Notes: a model not told the origin generated them from the letters alone. DNA of 63,618 nucleotides, filler included, from Globobulimina sp. (GCA_003354225.1; 26 parts of 26 records of this genome joined end to end with filler, not necessarily neighbours in it); one strand, 5' to 3'; counted from the first letter of the whole stretch, positions 37,573-50,510 are shown. Translations and numbers: made by a program.

Positions 37573-39472
37573 TCAATCACCAGTTGTCTCTCCGTAATCA
37601 TTTTCATCATTTCCAATAACAATTGGATCCAACGCAGCATCATTTATTGTCTGTGATTGCATTCTATTTGGTGGTGGTGGTGGTGGCAAAACAGTTTCAT
37701 GATCACCAATAACTTCACCATCATTTATATCATCATCATCAGTGCTCGTCCCTTCAATTTGTTGATTACCAATACAATCATCATCATCTCTACCAAGTGT
37801 TTCCGTAATCATAACAACATCGAGATCTGCGTGATCATGATTTGTTTCTGTTTCCTCACTTTCATCATAAATTAATATTTGTCCTCCAATGGTAATACCA
37901 TCATTAATAATATCATCATCTACTTTATCATCATCTGTTTCATTGCTCTCATTATCCATTAATAATATATTACCGGCTGTATTAAAATTATGTTGACTCC
38001 CAATATTTATATCATCCATAACATTATTATATGCGTTGTATGCAGGAATATTAACACTATGACTTGCCACTGGTGGTAGTAATATAGTACTGTTTCTCAT
38101 CACGTTTGGCATCATAAAAGTATTCGGATGTGACTGAGGTTTATTGTTACCAATAATGCTCATTGCAATTTGTGACGTGCGTTTTTGTGCATGTTTCAAT
38201 TCATTTATCAATCGCTCTCTCTTTCGCTGTCGTAATTTTACTATACAGAAAATACAAAGACATAAACATAAAATAGTAAGGATTCCAAGCACAATATAAA
38301 TCAATGTGTATGATATAAAAGATTCAAATCGCTGATTATTAACTATAGTTTCTACAATAATATCATCAATGGTTGTTGTGATATCTATAGCTTCTGCATT
38401 TCCTTCATCTGTTGCATTTGAGATATTTTTTTTAGATAATAATACATGTACATATACATACTTTCGGTTGTGACAACAAATTGGGTTGGATTTACTGTTA
38501 CGGAAGCTGATTATATACAGTGCATATAAATCAAAATGCATGTACAAAAACACACATCGTCAAAGCTCAAAATAATGGAATATAATACATACATTCAGTA
38601 ATTTCAGTTGTAACAGAGTTTGTTGGGTTTGCAGAGAGTGGATAAAAAAATGTAGGTTTAAATGTTGTAGGAACATTGGTTGTAGGCGTATTAGTTGTGG
38701 GTGTATTAGTTGTAGGAATATTAGTTGTAGCAATTTGCGTTGTCGGAACAAGCGTTGTTGGGAAATATGTGCTTGGATTAGATGTTGTTGGTGCTGCAGT
38801 GGTTGGAGTACGTGTTGTTGGCGTAAGTGTTGTTGGGGTAAGGGTTGTTGGAGCACCTGTTGTTGGGAAAGAGGTAGTAGGATTTGCTGTTGTTGGTTCT
38901 ACAGTGATCGGACTAGTACTTGGTGCTGATGTTGTAGGCAAAGCACAATTTATCGCAATATCATACAACACAACATAATCAGTAATAACTTCCGTAACTT
39001 TAATATGAAATAATACCTTAAATATCTGTCCTGCAGTAATGTTATTCACTGTATAACTTTTTTTCGATCCATCCCATGCACTGCAAAATGATTGCAATCT
39101 TGTATCAGTATTAGAGAAAATCCCAACATTCAAAACTGTCTGAGCTTCAAAACCAGCAAACATTATATCAATCCAATCTGTAGTGCCTGTGTTGCAATGA
39201 TTCTCTGTAAAATTTAATACAACCTGCGAATCATGCAAACATTCAAATTCTCGTTCGATATAATAATCCTGCAAACTACTGTTAGTCTCAGTAAATGGAC
39301 CATAATACGTTGTGTCAGTGATGATCGGTGTTGACATATTCCAGCCTAAAATTAATACATCATCAATCATTTTAAAATCATCATACCAAACTCCATCAAT
39401 TACAGTATGTAACCTTTTAATGGTTGGAGTTGATGCTGGAGTTGGTGTTGGACGTGCAGATGTTGGATATGC
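37573..39472 (-). CDS. Mucin-like type I membrane protein with PT(T) repeats, multi-exon, 5'-truncated
   Basis: PTTxx repeats at 38670-38940; TM LIYIVLGILTILCLCLCIFCIV followed by KLRQRKR; acidic tail. Confidence 0.75.
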
Positions 39473-39572
39473 NNNNNNNNNNNNNNNNNNNNNNNNNNNN
39501 NNNNNNNNNNNNNNNNTTAATTAATTAANNNNNNNNNNNNNNNNNNNNNNNNNNNNNNNNNNNNNNNNNNNN

Positions 39573-40863
39573 GCCTTGATGCAATATTCTACCTCGTTCT
39601 GAATGTGTTTTTGCGGCATTTCTGCACAATTTTGCAAGAATCCTTGCAAGTTATTCCCAGTAAATTGCGCGTCTGTCACTGCGTTAAGTCTATGTTTTGT
39701 AGCTATGCCCAAACCGCATCTGCCGTTCATGAAAGGCCCTCTGCTCCACCGCTTTCCCCATAATTGCATGGTAAAACATTCGTTATTCTGCGAGTATTGA
39801 CACAAATCATAATGAACAGCAACCACATATTCAATGCCATGGTCAGTAATACTTTGATCTGATTGTAATTCGATACATATTGTTTTATTGCTGCCGCTTT
39901 CCAATACGTATTGCAATGATAAATTGTATTGATATCCAGTGTAAGATAAAGGTAAATCGATAAAGGATTGATTAAAATGGCGAATTAATACACGATCGAA
40001 ACCATTTTCTAACTCGAATCGACTGAATGTTATGTCAATCATTGCATGTTCAAACATGGAGGTTTGGTTAAGTTGGAATGAAAAACATGTTCTGCGTATT
40101 TCATTGGTCGCATATGTCAGTATCGGATTGTTTGGATATTTATAATAAATCATCACTGCGCCATACGCAGGTTTTAATCGTTGCACATCCATTCCGCTGT
40201 GTTCATTGACGATAATTAGTTCGAAATTCGTTTCTAATTTGGAGAGTTCTTCATTTTCTAACTGCGTTTCAAGCGGATGTAATGATGCAAAAGCAATGGC
40301 TTCTTGCGGTGGAATGGGTGCTTTTGTAGAACTGGTAGTTGATGTAGAACTGGTGCTAGTTGTGGTTGAGCGGCTTGTTGGTTGACTACTGGTGGTTGTG
40401 GTAGGTTTATTTGTGGGTTTTTGTGTAGTGCTGGTACTTGTGGTGGTGGTGGAGGTCGTGGTCGTGGTGGATGTGGTGGTCGTGGTAGGTGATGGTGTTT
40501 GGATATGTATGTTTTTGTTTATATGCTGTGGTTGGGGTTTGGTTGGCGATTTAGTGCTAAATTCTGAATGTTCAATGTTTATGCATGATATTTAGTATTT
40601 ACAGTTAATTAATAATTCAATATTAAAATACCTAAAGATAGTGTTTGTGTGAGGTGTTGAGGTGAAATATTTGAGGCAATAATGAATCCAACAAAAATCG
40701 CAATAATAAAGGTCATAATACATAGTAGACATCCTTTGAATGCTGGTGAGTCTGTGAATGACTGTTTAGTGTAGTTTCGTGTTAAAAATGGATGTTCATC
40801 TTCTTCATCGTCATTTATATCGTGTTGGTCCGCATGAAGTAAATTTACACTTTCCATTGTCAT
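39573..40863 (-). CDS. Type II membrane protein: TM, Thr-rich stalk, CUB-like domain (intron 40564-40631), 3'-truncated
   Basis: ITFSRFELENGFDRV, YTG, LQSDQSITDHG resemble CUB motifs; the splice restores the frame. Confidence 0.7.
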
Positions 40864-40907
40864 GGTTTAGTAAGGCTGTTTTTCACCGAATTACTTATTT
40901 ATATATT

Positions 40908-41291
40908 ATGGCAATATCACCATTATTTATTATAGGGGGAGTCGTTTTATTTGGAATAGTGTTTATTTGCTGTGGTTATGCAATATGGAAAGGGTACTGT
41001 GATAACGTTTGCGTTGACTGCTGCGACTGCTGCGAACCAACAAATAATAATTTTCAACAGAATGCTGCATTGTTGATGCCACCAAAAAGAATTTGCCCCA
41101 CTTGCATTGGAAAAGGATTTTTAACTTGTGATGTATGTGCAGGAGATGGTCGTGAAACGATTACTAATACGCACTTAAATTACCAATCAGAGGGAGGTGG
41201 AGTGGGTGTAAGTGTCATTTCAGAAAAATGTAAAGCATGCAATGGACAAGGCAGGAATCTATGTGTGGATTGTGGTGGAGTTGTTGTGTAG
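40908..41291 (+). CDS. Small membrane-anchored protein with DnaJ-type CxxCxGxG zinc finger
   Basis: N-terminal TM; CPTCIGKG, CDVCAGDG, CKACNGQG, CVDCGG. Confidence 0.75.
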   Translation: MAISPLFIIGGVVLFGIVFICCGYAIWKGYCDNVCVDCCDCCEPTNNNFQQNAALLMPPKRICPTCIGKGFLTCDVCAGDGRETITNTHLNYQSEGGGVGVSVISEKCKACNGQGRNLCVDCGGVVV

Positions 41292-41481
41292 GTTGCAAAT
41301 AAATTTATATTTGAAATTAAATTAAATAAAATAAATTGTACGAAAAAGACATCGTTTTTGCAATATATCGGACTTGTGGATGATTATATTAAATTTTTAC
41401 TGAAGTGAACTACTTATTAAATCACCGCGTCAACGATATTTATATCAAACAATAATATATTGTAAACCATAACTATACCAA

Positions 41482-41944
41482 ATGTGCAAAACCGGATCTA
41501 TGGCGAATAGGTTTTGTGGTGTTACGATTGCAATAATAAATACAGCAATAATGGTAGGATATTTTATGGGTGTTGCAATATTAGAGGTGAACTGCAAAGA
41601 TGGTTGCTACGATGGACTAACATTATTAGTGGCTGTATTAGCAGGTCCAATAATACTTTATATCATCGGTTATTTCTTAGCATGGTTAGCATATTCAAAA
41701 GGAAAAGGTGATTCAAAGGGATGTAATTTTTGTTGTGTAGTATTGTTTAGTATAATATTGATAGCTTTATTGGGTGTAATGTGCTTTCATGCCTTTGAAA
41801 TGATTCTACATAAAACATACGAAAATTCGGATATTTATGGGGGAATGGTCTGTGCCAATGTGGCTTATGCTGCTATCTTATGTTTGATGTTATGTAATAT
41901 TATGCCAACGCGCGGTAGAGCTGATTTAAATTATGGACGGGAAG
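41482..41944 (+). CDS. Four-TM membrane protein, 3'-truncated
   Basis: Four hydrophobic segments. Confidence 0.6.
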
Positions 41945-42044
41945 NNNNNNNNNNNNNNNNNNNNNNNNNNNNNNNNNNNNNNNNNNNNTTAATTAATTAA
42001 NNNNNNNNNNNNNNNNNNNNNNNNNNNNNNNNNNNNNNNNNNNN

Positions 42045-42694
42045 GTAAAATGTATTGGTTTTAATGGGAAGATCACTGAAATCACGACTTTAATATGGAA
42101 TTATATGCGCATTACGCAGCCATTGACGCGGTGCGAATTACCCAACAGATTTAAACAAAACGTATTGAAAATATTTACCAGTTTATACAAGTTGTTGTGT
42201 AAAATTGATGGTATTTTATTAACACATAATTATATTCCAAGCACAGAATATGAAAATTGCATAAAAAAGATTGCCAGAGATATCTATGAAACCATTCAAC
42301 GGTTTATTGATGAGCTACATTATGAGGATTCGAATGGAAATAATGATGATAGGAATGATAGGAAAACGAGTGCAAAAATAAGAATTATGCTGCGACAATC
42401 GAGGGAAATGGCTGGTTGTCGTTTTATATGGAAAAACATAATAATATTCTCAGCAAAATTGCGAGCAATAAGAAAATACCATCGTTGAAAAGAGCGAGTA
42501 AAATAAAGTTCAAAGCGCGGGCTTTTGTAATCACAGAGGAGGAAGGAAATGGCAGTTATAAAATAAAAGAGAATAATACTAATGAGACGAGTGATAATAA
42601 TGCAGGAGTGTTACGAGTGCAATATATGATGGAAAAGATATTTGGTGCATCTCCAAAATATTGTCAGATGCATGTATACAAATGGAAAGAGTAA
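42045..42694 (+). CDS. Helical protein C-terminus resembling FANCI solenoid 4; frameshift near 42420
   Basis: LK..LY..L...FI..L...AKI..LRQSR..F.MEK..L.K.A...AR.F.I recalls the FANCI C-terminus; recognised by eye only. Confidence 0.4.
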
Positions 42695-42963
42695 TAAATA
42701 AATTAGTTTCTTGTCAAGAACCGCGAAAATATGATTAAAGTGTGTAAATATTCGTTGTTAATCGATCTATAACATAATATTTGATATTTCCTTTTTTTTG
42801 TCGTGTAATGTAGTATAAACGCATTGCTAGTCAGTTCAAAGTACTTCAAAGTAGATGGTCAAATTACGCTGTTTTCACAACTGTGTGACAGAGTTTTTTA
42901 AAATTCAGTACATATCGGAGACCCCTAATGATGCTTTGAAAAACTTAACGCGACTCATCGATC

Positions 42964-44139
42964 ATGTTTGAAAAAGGAGATATTGTGGAAATACTTGGAC
43001 TGAAATCAAAACCAGAATGGAATGGTAAACCCGCAAAAATAAGTAACAATTTCAATTGGGATAAAGGCAGATACCCCATTTCTATCATAATAAATGATTC
43101 AGCAAACGAAGCATTGTTAAAACCATCAAACATGAAACTTATCTCCAAAAATTTAAATACAGACCAACCATTTCCAGAAAGCAAAGAGCAAAAAGATGAT
43201 GAAAGAATATTGTTTGACTTAATATTAACGAAACAAAAAGGAATTGGAATGTTTGCACGATGTGATATCAAATCAGGAACAATAATTTTGAATGACAAAC
43301 CGTTATTGCATTTAGCTAGGAATACATTTGAAAGCAAAGATGATAAAATGAAAAAAGAGTGCATTATGGATCAATATAAGTTATTATCAAAAGCAAACAA
43401 ACAAAAGGTATTGGATTATCATAATAATATTCAAATCAATGAGAATGATATCGATGTATTGGGTATATATTTTACAAATGCGTACACAATCATTGATGAT
43501 GAAGCCGACATTGAATCTGCTTTCTTCCCAAACATTGCCCGAATGAATCATTCGTGTTTCTCAAATTGTGAAGTATTAAAGTTTGACATTCACACAAAAT
43601 CCCGATCAATTATAGCTTTGTTTGATATTAAAAAAGGTGATGAATTAACTATTTATTATATTGGCAATACATATTATACATTGGGTATGATTCAAAAAGT
43701 TAGAAAAGAATACATTTTGAGCCAGTTTAATTTTGAATGTGCATGTAATTGTTGTGTCAATTATGATCGACAAATTGAAAATTATAGGAAACAATACGGT
43801 AAATTACAAGATATTATTGATGAGAATGTTAATAGTTTTGCTAAAAAATCATTTAAAGCCGTGTTATCTGCAAGTGAACAAATGATAAAAGTTGTAAAAG
43901 ATGGATTTAATAAATATCCAACAATTTTAAGTCAATGTTATATAAATGCTGCACATGCTTTATTATTTTTGAATGAATACGACAAATGTATCAAATATGT
44001 GAAAAAATCAGTGGAAATTGATCAAAAATATTATAAAAACAAAGCAATATTTGATGATGTCGAAGAGATTCTTGCTAAATTACCAAATAAATATTATCAA
44101 AAATACCCTTGGCATCATGTGTTGAACTTACACATATAA
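42964..44139 (+). CDS. SET-domain lysine methyltransferase (SMYD/Set5-like) with C-terminal TPR-like helices
   Basis: KGIGMFA..DIKSG, RMNHSC..NC, DIKKGDELTIYY, FECACNCC. Confidence 0.9.
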   Translation: MFEKGDIVEILGLKSKPEWNGKPAKISNNFNWDKGRYPISIIINDSANEALLKPSNMKLISKNLNTDQPFPESKEQKDDERILFDLILTKQKGIGMFARCDIKSGTIILNDKPLLHLARNTFESKDDKMKKECIMDQYKLLSKANKQKVLDYHNNIQINENDIDVLGIYFTNAYTIIDDEADIESAFFPNIARMNHSCFSNCEVLKFDIHTKSRSIIALFDIKKGDELTIYYIGNTYYTLGMIQKVRKEYILSQFNFECACNCCVNYDRQIENYRKQYGKLQDIIDENVNSFAKKSFKAVLSASEQMIKVVKDGFNKYPTILSQCYINAAHALLFLNEYDKCIKYVKKSVEIDQKYYKNKAIFDDVEEILAKLPNKYYQKYPWHHVLNLHI

Positions 44140-44557
44140 TTCAATTCATTCCATTTAAACTTTATATATTGCAGAGCACTTTTTGCAAACTCAACACAAA
44201 GTTATAAAAGATGAGAGGTGATGTACTGCAAATATTATGCAATAAAAAATCGTATCAAAAAATGTGAAAAAAAAAGATAAACTATGACTTGTGTATAATA
44301 ATAATAAAAAAACCATTGATACAAAATGAATTCAACAAACAATGCAGATCGTATAAACTCAAGAACTAAAAAGAAAATTGCATCCAGGCATGCCAAAAAA
44401 AAACAAAATAAAATAANNNNNNNNNNNNNNNNNNNNNNNNNNNNNNNNNNNNNNNNNNNNTTAATTAATTAANNNNNNNNNNNNNNNNNNNNNNNNNNNN
44501 NNNNNNNNNNNNNNNNGTGTTGAATTTTTTTTATTTTTTTTTTATGTTTTTATATTA

Positions 44558-44690
44558 TTTTTTTTTTCGAAAAAAGAAACGCGTTTCCGACAACACAGGT
44601 TTTGTACGAGGGGGGCCGGGGGGGGGGGGGAGCCCGCGAGGTCAAAAACTGTGTTTTCGGAAACACGTTTCTTGTCTCGAAAAAACAAAT
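44558..44690. repeat. Inverted repeat (~45-bp arms) around a poly-G core, MITE-like
   Basis: TTTTCGAAAAAAGAAACGCGTTTCCGACAACACAG...CTGTGTTTTCGGAAACACGTTTCTTGTCTCGAAAA. Confidence 0.7.
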
Positions 44691-44899
44691 TGAATAATAT
44701 ACTATAATAATAATAAAAAAACTTCCACAGCTCAACGATGCAAGTTTCTACAATTCATCAAATAATTAATAGCGTTAGGCTGTTTCCGGCAATATATACC
44801 ACTTTTGTATGCATCAATAATTATTTTCCTGTGTAAAAAACGTTTATTTTATACAGCGCAGACTACATTCGTTTCTGAGGTAAGATGAGAGGATTTCTT

Positions 44900-46339
44900 T
44901 CATTCAATCAAATATTTTGAATGTTTTGAATGAGTGAGTGTTATACAATGATCATTATGTTGATCTAAATCAAGAGACCAATTTAAATGTTGAAAATCTA
45001 AAAGTTTTTGCAATAACACATGTTGATTTTTTTCATTCATATTGCATTTGATGATATAATCTCCATTCTCGAATTGCAATAAGTATAAAACGAGTGACAT
45101 TTTCATCTCAATTGTTTCCACATCTTTTAAATCAACAATTTTGAACATATTTACATCATCAATATTAACAAAATGTGTGTCATTATAAAATAATTGTGAG
45201 CATAAATCATTTATTATCTCACTACAAACATTAATCTCCGGCTTATGTATTGATATCCAACTTAATCCATCAAATTTTACCATTTTCAGATCATTATCAC
45301 TATCAACTTCCATGTTCATTATATCTTGAATGTGTTCTTTGTTTGTAATGTTTGTTGGTTGCAATTGCATTAATTTAATGCACGATTTATAATAAATAAC
45401 AGCTAAATATTGATCATTGATGATGTTTTTAATGGTTTTATAAATATCAATGCATTTTTGATATTGCTTATTATTAAAATAGCAATTTAAACAACAAAAT
45501 GCAATCACTGCATCATTCATTAATTCATTGTATTGAATAATATCATTATTTTTATAAATTTCTGCCATTTCATCCATTACATTCTCTAATTTATCAACTG
45601 CAGCTGCCTCCGCAGTATTGCTTGTATTCGAGTATTGATAAATACATTCAATTAATACTTTAATGGTCTCAACATTTGGAATATATTGAAAATCATGAAT
45701 AGCAATTTCAAAATAATTAATAGCATCTTCCAAACTTTGTGCTTTGCAACATCCAGTAATCAGACATTCAAATGTGTCATGTGATGGGTGGACTGCTAAC
45801 TTATTAATAAATAATTCATACAAATTATTTAAATTTGAAAGTGAAATTGCTGCATTCTTTTGATATTGAACCAATTTTAATACTGAATTTATATGAATAA
45901 CACATAAATCTATATTATCACTCGTCATTTGCTTGAGAATGTTATGTATTAAATCAAGATCAACATTTAAATCATGATTAGGCGCAGGTTCACTGCATAA
46001 TATATTAAATAAGTAATCATAAAATTCCTTTGAGCGCGGTATATAATTATTTAATAAATATTGATAAATTTTTATTGCAATGGCATTGTCATTAAATGAA
46101 TTATTTATTGTGGACAAAGCAATGGATGGGATAAAATTATTATTTTTTAAATATGGAACAGATAATGATGTTGTAAAATAGTCATATAACTGTTGCGCGG
46201 AATTACTTGTTTCTATTGTTTCAATAACATCTGTGATAGCAGTTGATGATGAATAACATCTATACATCTTCAAAATATCTACCCTCAATAACTTCGAGCT
46301 AGAGCGAAGAGAATGCGACAGACTGAAAAGCCGCATCAT
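44900..46339 (-). CDS. PPR-repeat protein with mitochondrial-type presequence
   Basis: TFECLITGCCKAQSLEDAINYF..YIPNVET; N-terminus rich in R/S/L. Confidence 0.75.
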   Translation of the reverse strand: MMRLFSLSHSLRSSSKLLRVDILKMYRCYSSSTAITDVIETIETSNSAQQLYDYFTTSLSVPYLKNNNFIPSIALSTINNSFNDNAIAIKIYQYLLNNYIPRSKEFYDYLFNILCSEPAPNHDLNVDLDLIHNILKQMTSDNIDLCVIHINSVLKLVQYQKNAAISLSNLNNLYELFINKLAVHPSHDTFECLITGCCKAQSLEDAINYFEIAIHDFQYIPNVETIKVLIECIYQYSNTSNTAEAAAVDKLENVMDEMAEIYKNNDIIQYNELMNDAVIAFCCLNCYFNNKQYQKCIDIYKTIKNIINDQYLAVIYYKSCIKLMQLQPTNITNKEHIQDIMNMEVDSDNDLKMVKFDGLSWISIHKPEINVCSEIINDLCSQLFYNDTHFVNIDDVNMFKIVDLKDVETIEMKMSLVLYLLQFENGDYIIKCNMNEKNQHVLLQKLLDFQHLNWSLDLDQHNDHCITLTHSKHSKYLIE

Positions 46340-47245
46340 TAGGGGTCTCCGATAAGTACCGTTTTTTTCAAAAACTTATCAAACAGTTCTCAAAAATGCA
46401 ATCAGTTTGATAAGTATTTTCATTTTTTTTATATTATAGAATCTTAACAAGAATGAGTCAATGAGTAACATGACTTATATATAAGCACCCATAGCAGATA
46501 TTACAAAAAACAAATAAACATTCACAAAAAATATCACATATATCCTTGCACTTTCACATTTATCTTGGTGCGCATGCTGCTGATTTAATTTTTTGTAATC
46601 AAAATTGAAACTAAAATGGTTAAAATAAACACAGACACATATTATATACCGAAACAATATCATAATCGCAATGAAACACAAAAAACCATAAACAAAAACA
46701 CATAAACGTGTGATCCGTAACAAATACATAAAATTTGCCAAAAGTAGCAAAAAAAAGCATTACAAAACAATATCGCTTCAGAGACAACAAAAAATAAAAT
46801 GTATAACAACGAATAAAATGACAAATTTGTTAATAAATCAATTGGAAATTTAACAATCTCCGCAGTATTCGTCAAAACGATCGAATAANNNNNNNNNNNN
46901 NNNNNNNNNNNNNNNNNNNNNNNNNNNNNNNNTTAATTAATTAANNNNNNNNNNNNNNNNNNNNNNNNNNNNNNNNNNNNNNNNNNNNGTTTTTTTTGTT
47001 ATTTTGCATGCATGTACGAGTTTGAAAACGAGAAATGTTTGTAAATTACTAGTACGTACCAGATCCATTGTCGATTACTATCGAATGTCCTTCTTCATCA
47101 TATTCAGAATCTGACATATTATAAATGAGGGGTTTATTGTTGATCGAAGGAGTAGAAAGTACAAGAAATTAGTAGTTGAAAGGGGAAAGTTTAGTTGGTT
47201 TTTGTATGTAAAAAACAGTGAAAAACTCTAATTATCCAATAAAAC

Positions 47246-49359
47246 ATGGCTCCCACGTTGGTTTACTATTTATCACTGTTGCTCATTCTGAGCTGCAATG
47301 CCCAATCAAACGGGTGGATATATGATTTATCCCCTCGCGAAGCAGCAGATTTGGTGAAATCAGAATTCCGCCATGGATACGAAGCCTATAAAAATTATTC
47401 CTGGGGATTCGATGAACTAAAACCAATCACCTTTAACGGAATTAATTGGAGCGAGAATTCAATGATGATAACACCCATCGATAGTTTAGGAACAATGGCA
47501 ATTATGGGTTTGCAAGATTTAATTGATATGACTCTGGATGAATTATTATGTGATGGCAGTGAACCAAAATTCTCATTTATGATGGACCAAAGAATAAATA
47601 TGTTTGAAATAGTAATCCGAGATTTAGGCGGTTTAGTCTCTGCATATCATTTCTTACAAAACAATGCTCATAAACAATGCGTCAAGAAATTAGCAATCGA
47701 GTTAGGAGACGGTATCTATGAAACTACCTTCAACGGCAAAAACAATGTAGCAAATATCGCAGATTTACCATGGATCGATATCAATATTGTCACACAAAAA
47801 GTAAATAGGAATTGGACACATTTTGCGCCAGCGGGCTTAGCATCGAATATCATTGAATTTGGAGCGTTGAGCTACATTGCAGACGATGCTAAATATTATA
47901 TTGCAGCCAAGAAAACCATGCGGAAAATCTATGATTTACGTTCTCGCGAAACGGGTCTGATTGGCGCAGCATTAAATGTTATGACCAGAGATGTGAATAA
48001 TTTTACTGAATTGTGGCCGGATAACAGTGCTCATCTCGACGCTCAAATTGATTCCTATTATGAATATATGATTAAATGTTATTTATTGTTTAAAGATGAA
48101 GAATGTTTGAGATGGTGGAATGAGGCAATTGATTCGATCTATGAATATCTACAATATCGCGGTTTGATAAATATATATTTATCTTTTCATTTATATATTT
48201 TCTAAGTGTCAACATATATCTTTTTTTCCTCATACAAGATGAAGCTGATAATGTTTGGTTTCAACGTGTTGATTGGAACAATGGTACTGTTTTTGGAAAC
48301 GACTCCCGCCATTTCTCATATCGTTATTCATTGCATGCACATTTTATGGCTGCTACGTTGGCGTTGGACGAGGACTTAGACATTGAACTGGCAATAAAAA
48401 ACCAAGAGGCAAATCATTTAATGTGGAGCATTGAAGGCATCACACCATTTATGTATGACTTTGCTGAAGAAGTTATAATATCGCCTCAATATGACTTGAA
48501 TCCGGAAATATTTGAAAGTAATTATTATTTATACGTCAAAACAAAGGATATATTATATTTAAACCGGACCTATGAATATTTGGATGCACTCCTAACATAC
48601 ACAAAATGTGTAGACAATATCGAATGTGCCGGATATTCCTCCATTGAGGATGTGACCACAAAGGAAAGAAAGAATACATGTCCGTCGTTTTGGTTTGCAG
48701 AGAGTTTGAAATTTTTATATTTAACATTCATGTTTGCTGCACCTGATAACACATTTAATTTTGATGAATATATATTTACAACAGAAGCCCATCCAATTCC
48801 TCGTGGTTGGGGCCAGAATGCATATTTATGGACGGAAGCAGGTGACGTCACAGCGGAGGATATCTGGGCCTTTATTAACCTGTACATATTTTCTGTGATT
48901 ACAATGATAATCTGTTTGTATATGACAGTATTGATATTTTGTACTAAATTGACAAAACGATCGCGATATGTGGTGGACTTCCAACAATTGGACGGAACGG
49001 AGGTGGACAATTTTGAAAATGATAAAATTGATGACACTGAATTTAAAGCAAGTTATTATTCTGCCTTATATTCATTTTTTGCAATGCTTTTTTTATTCCT
49101 ATCAACCGGCGTAATAGTATTCATCCAAACGAATGCTGTCATTGATTGGAGTTTTGATAGATATGGCAATGAGGAATTGGATTATTTGAAATGGAGTTGG
49201 TTTATGATGGTATCCTTGTATCTGTTGGGCAAAGTGTTTATTTTTTTTACATTTTCCTTTTTAGTAACTTCGAGAACATCGAATAAATTCCTATTAAGAT
49301 GGTCGCGCATATTTATTGTTGCCGAAGTGATTACAGCATTGATTGTTCAGATTATATTA
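47246..49359 (+). CDS. GH47 alpha-1,2-mannosidase (EDEM/Mns1-like) fused to a multi-TM C-terminus (intron 48162-48238), 3'-truncated
   Basis: Signal peptide; Y..YSWGFDELKP, IDSLGT, FE..IR.LGGL.SAY, DSYYEY..K, PE.FES, SFWFAESLKFLYL, FTTEAHP; then at least 4 TM helices in the same exon. Confidence 0.9.
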
Positions 49360-50399
49360 NNNNNNNNNNNNNNNNNNNNNNNNNNNNNNNNNNNNNNNNN
49401 NNNTTAATTAATTAANNNNNNNNNNNNNNNNNNNNNNNNNNNNNNNNNNNNNNNNNNNNTTTCGGTGCGAGGCTCAGTATTTTCTCATATAATTCTATTA
49501 ACCGATTATCATTTGATGTAATTATCATTTTGTAACATTGTGCCAATAAATTAGTATAATCGTCCAATATCTGACTGGGTATCTTATCGATTACATTCGT
49601 AATTTAATGTTGACATGAAAAAAGCTTTGTGGATTTATTTTTTTTGCTCCACACTACTGTTTCACAAGTAAGAAAACTCCACAATACTGTTCCGCAAAAA
49701 ATGTGCCAAAATTCGCTTGTTTTACTTTGTTGCGAATGTGCGTATTCGCCAAAATATTATTATTCAAAATAGCTAAATTCTGCGTCTTCGATATCGTGCG
49801 ATTGGTATCTATCAATGTACGCATTCCATTCTGCTTTGAATTGTTCATCGCTTTCAACCCAATCTGTCCACATGGAACACCATCCTTCTTCTTCGCTATT
49901 ATATGTTGTTGGATTTGCGTATTTAAATATATCTTCTTCATGTTCTAAGACTGCTGGATTGCAATCAGATAAATATGAATATATATATTAATTGCTACAC
50001 TCTTTGGTATCTTTCCAATGTCGATTAATATCGAGATTTCGTGCGAATAAAAATGTAAATAATACTCGCTTTGTGAATAAGTCAAAGTGTTTAACAGTGC
50101 CAGTTTGTGTCGCTAAAAAAAATGCGAGAGTATGGCTTTCGTGAAAAGTTAGTGAAAAGTGTCGAGTATTTATAAGAATGTTGTGATAGTAATTTGGATG
50201 AGAATATATTTCAACAATTTAGGGAAAAGGCGGGAAATAAACACCAAGAGTTGCGAATGTTTTTGGAATGGATTAACAAAGCAAATGATACGTAATATGA
50301 TATGTTATATTATATATAGTATATAGTTATTTATGTTTTTTTTTATATAATTATGTTTGTATGTTTGTAATGCAAGATTTGTGTGATTTACGCGCTTCT

Positions 50400-50475
50400 T
50401 AGAGTTTTTGACAAAAATAGAGTTTTTCCACAAAAATAGAGTTTTTTCACAAAAATAGAGTTTTTAACAAAAACT
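50400..50475 (+). repeat. 19-bp tandem repeat x4 just upstream of the sulfotransferase start
   Basis: TAGAGTTTTT(T/C/G)..ACAAAAA units. Confidence 0.75.
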
Positions 50476-50510
50476 AGCTTTCTAATTTAGCAAACACAGC
50501 CAGAAGGAAC

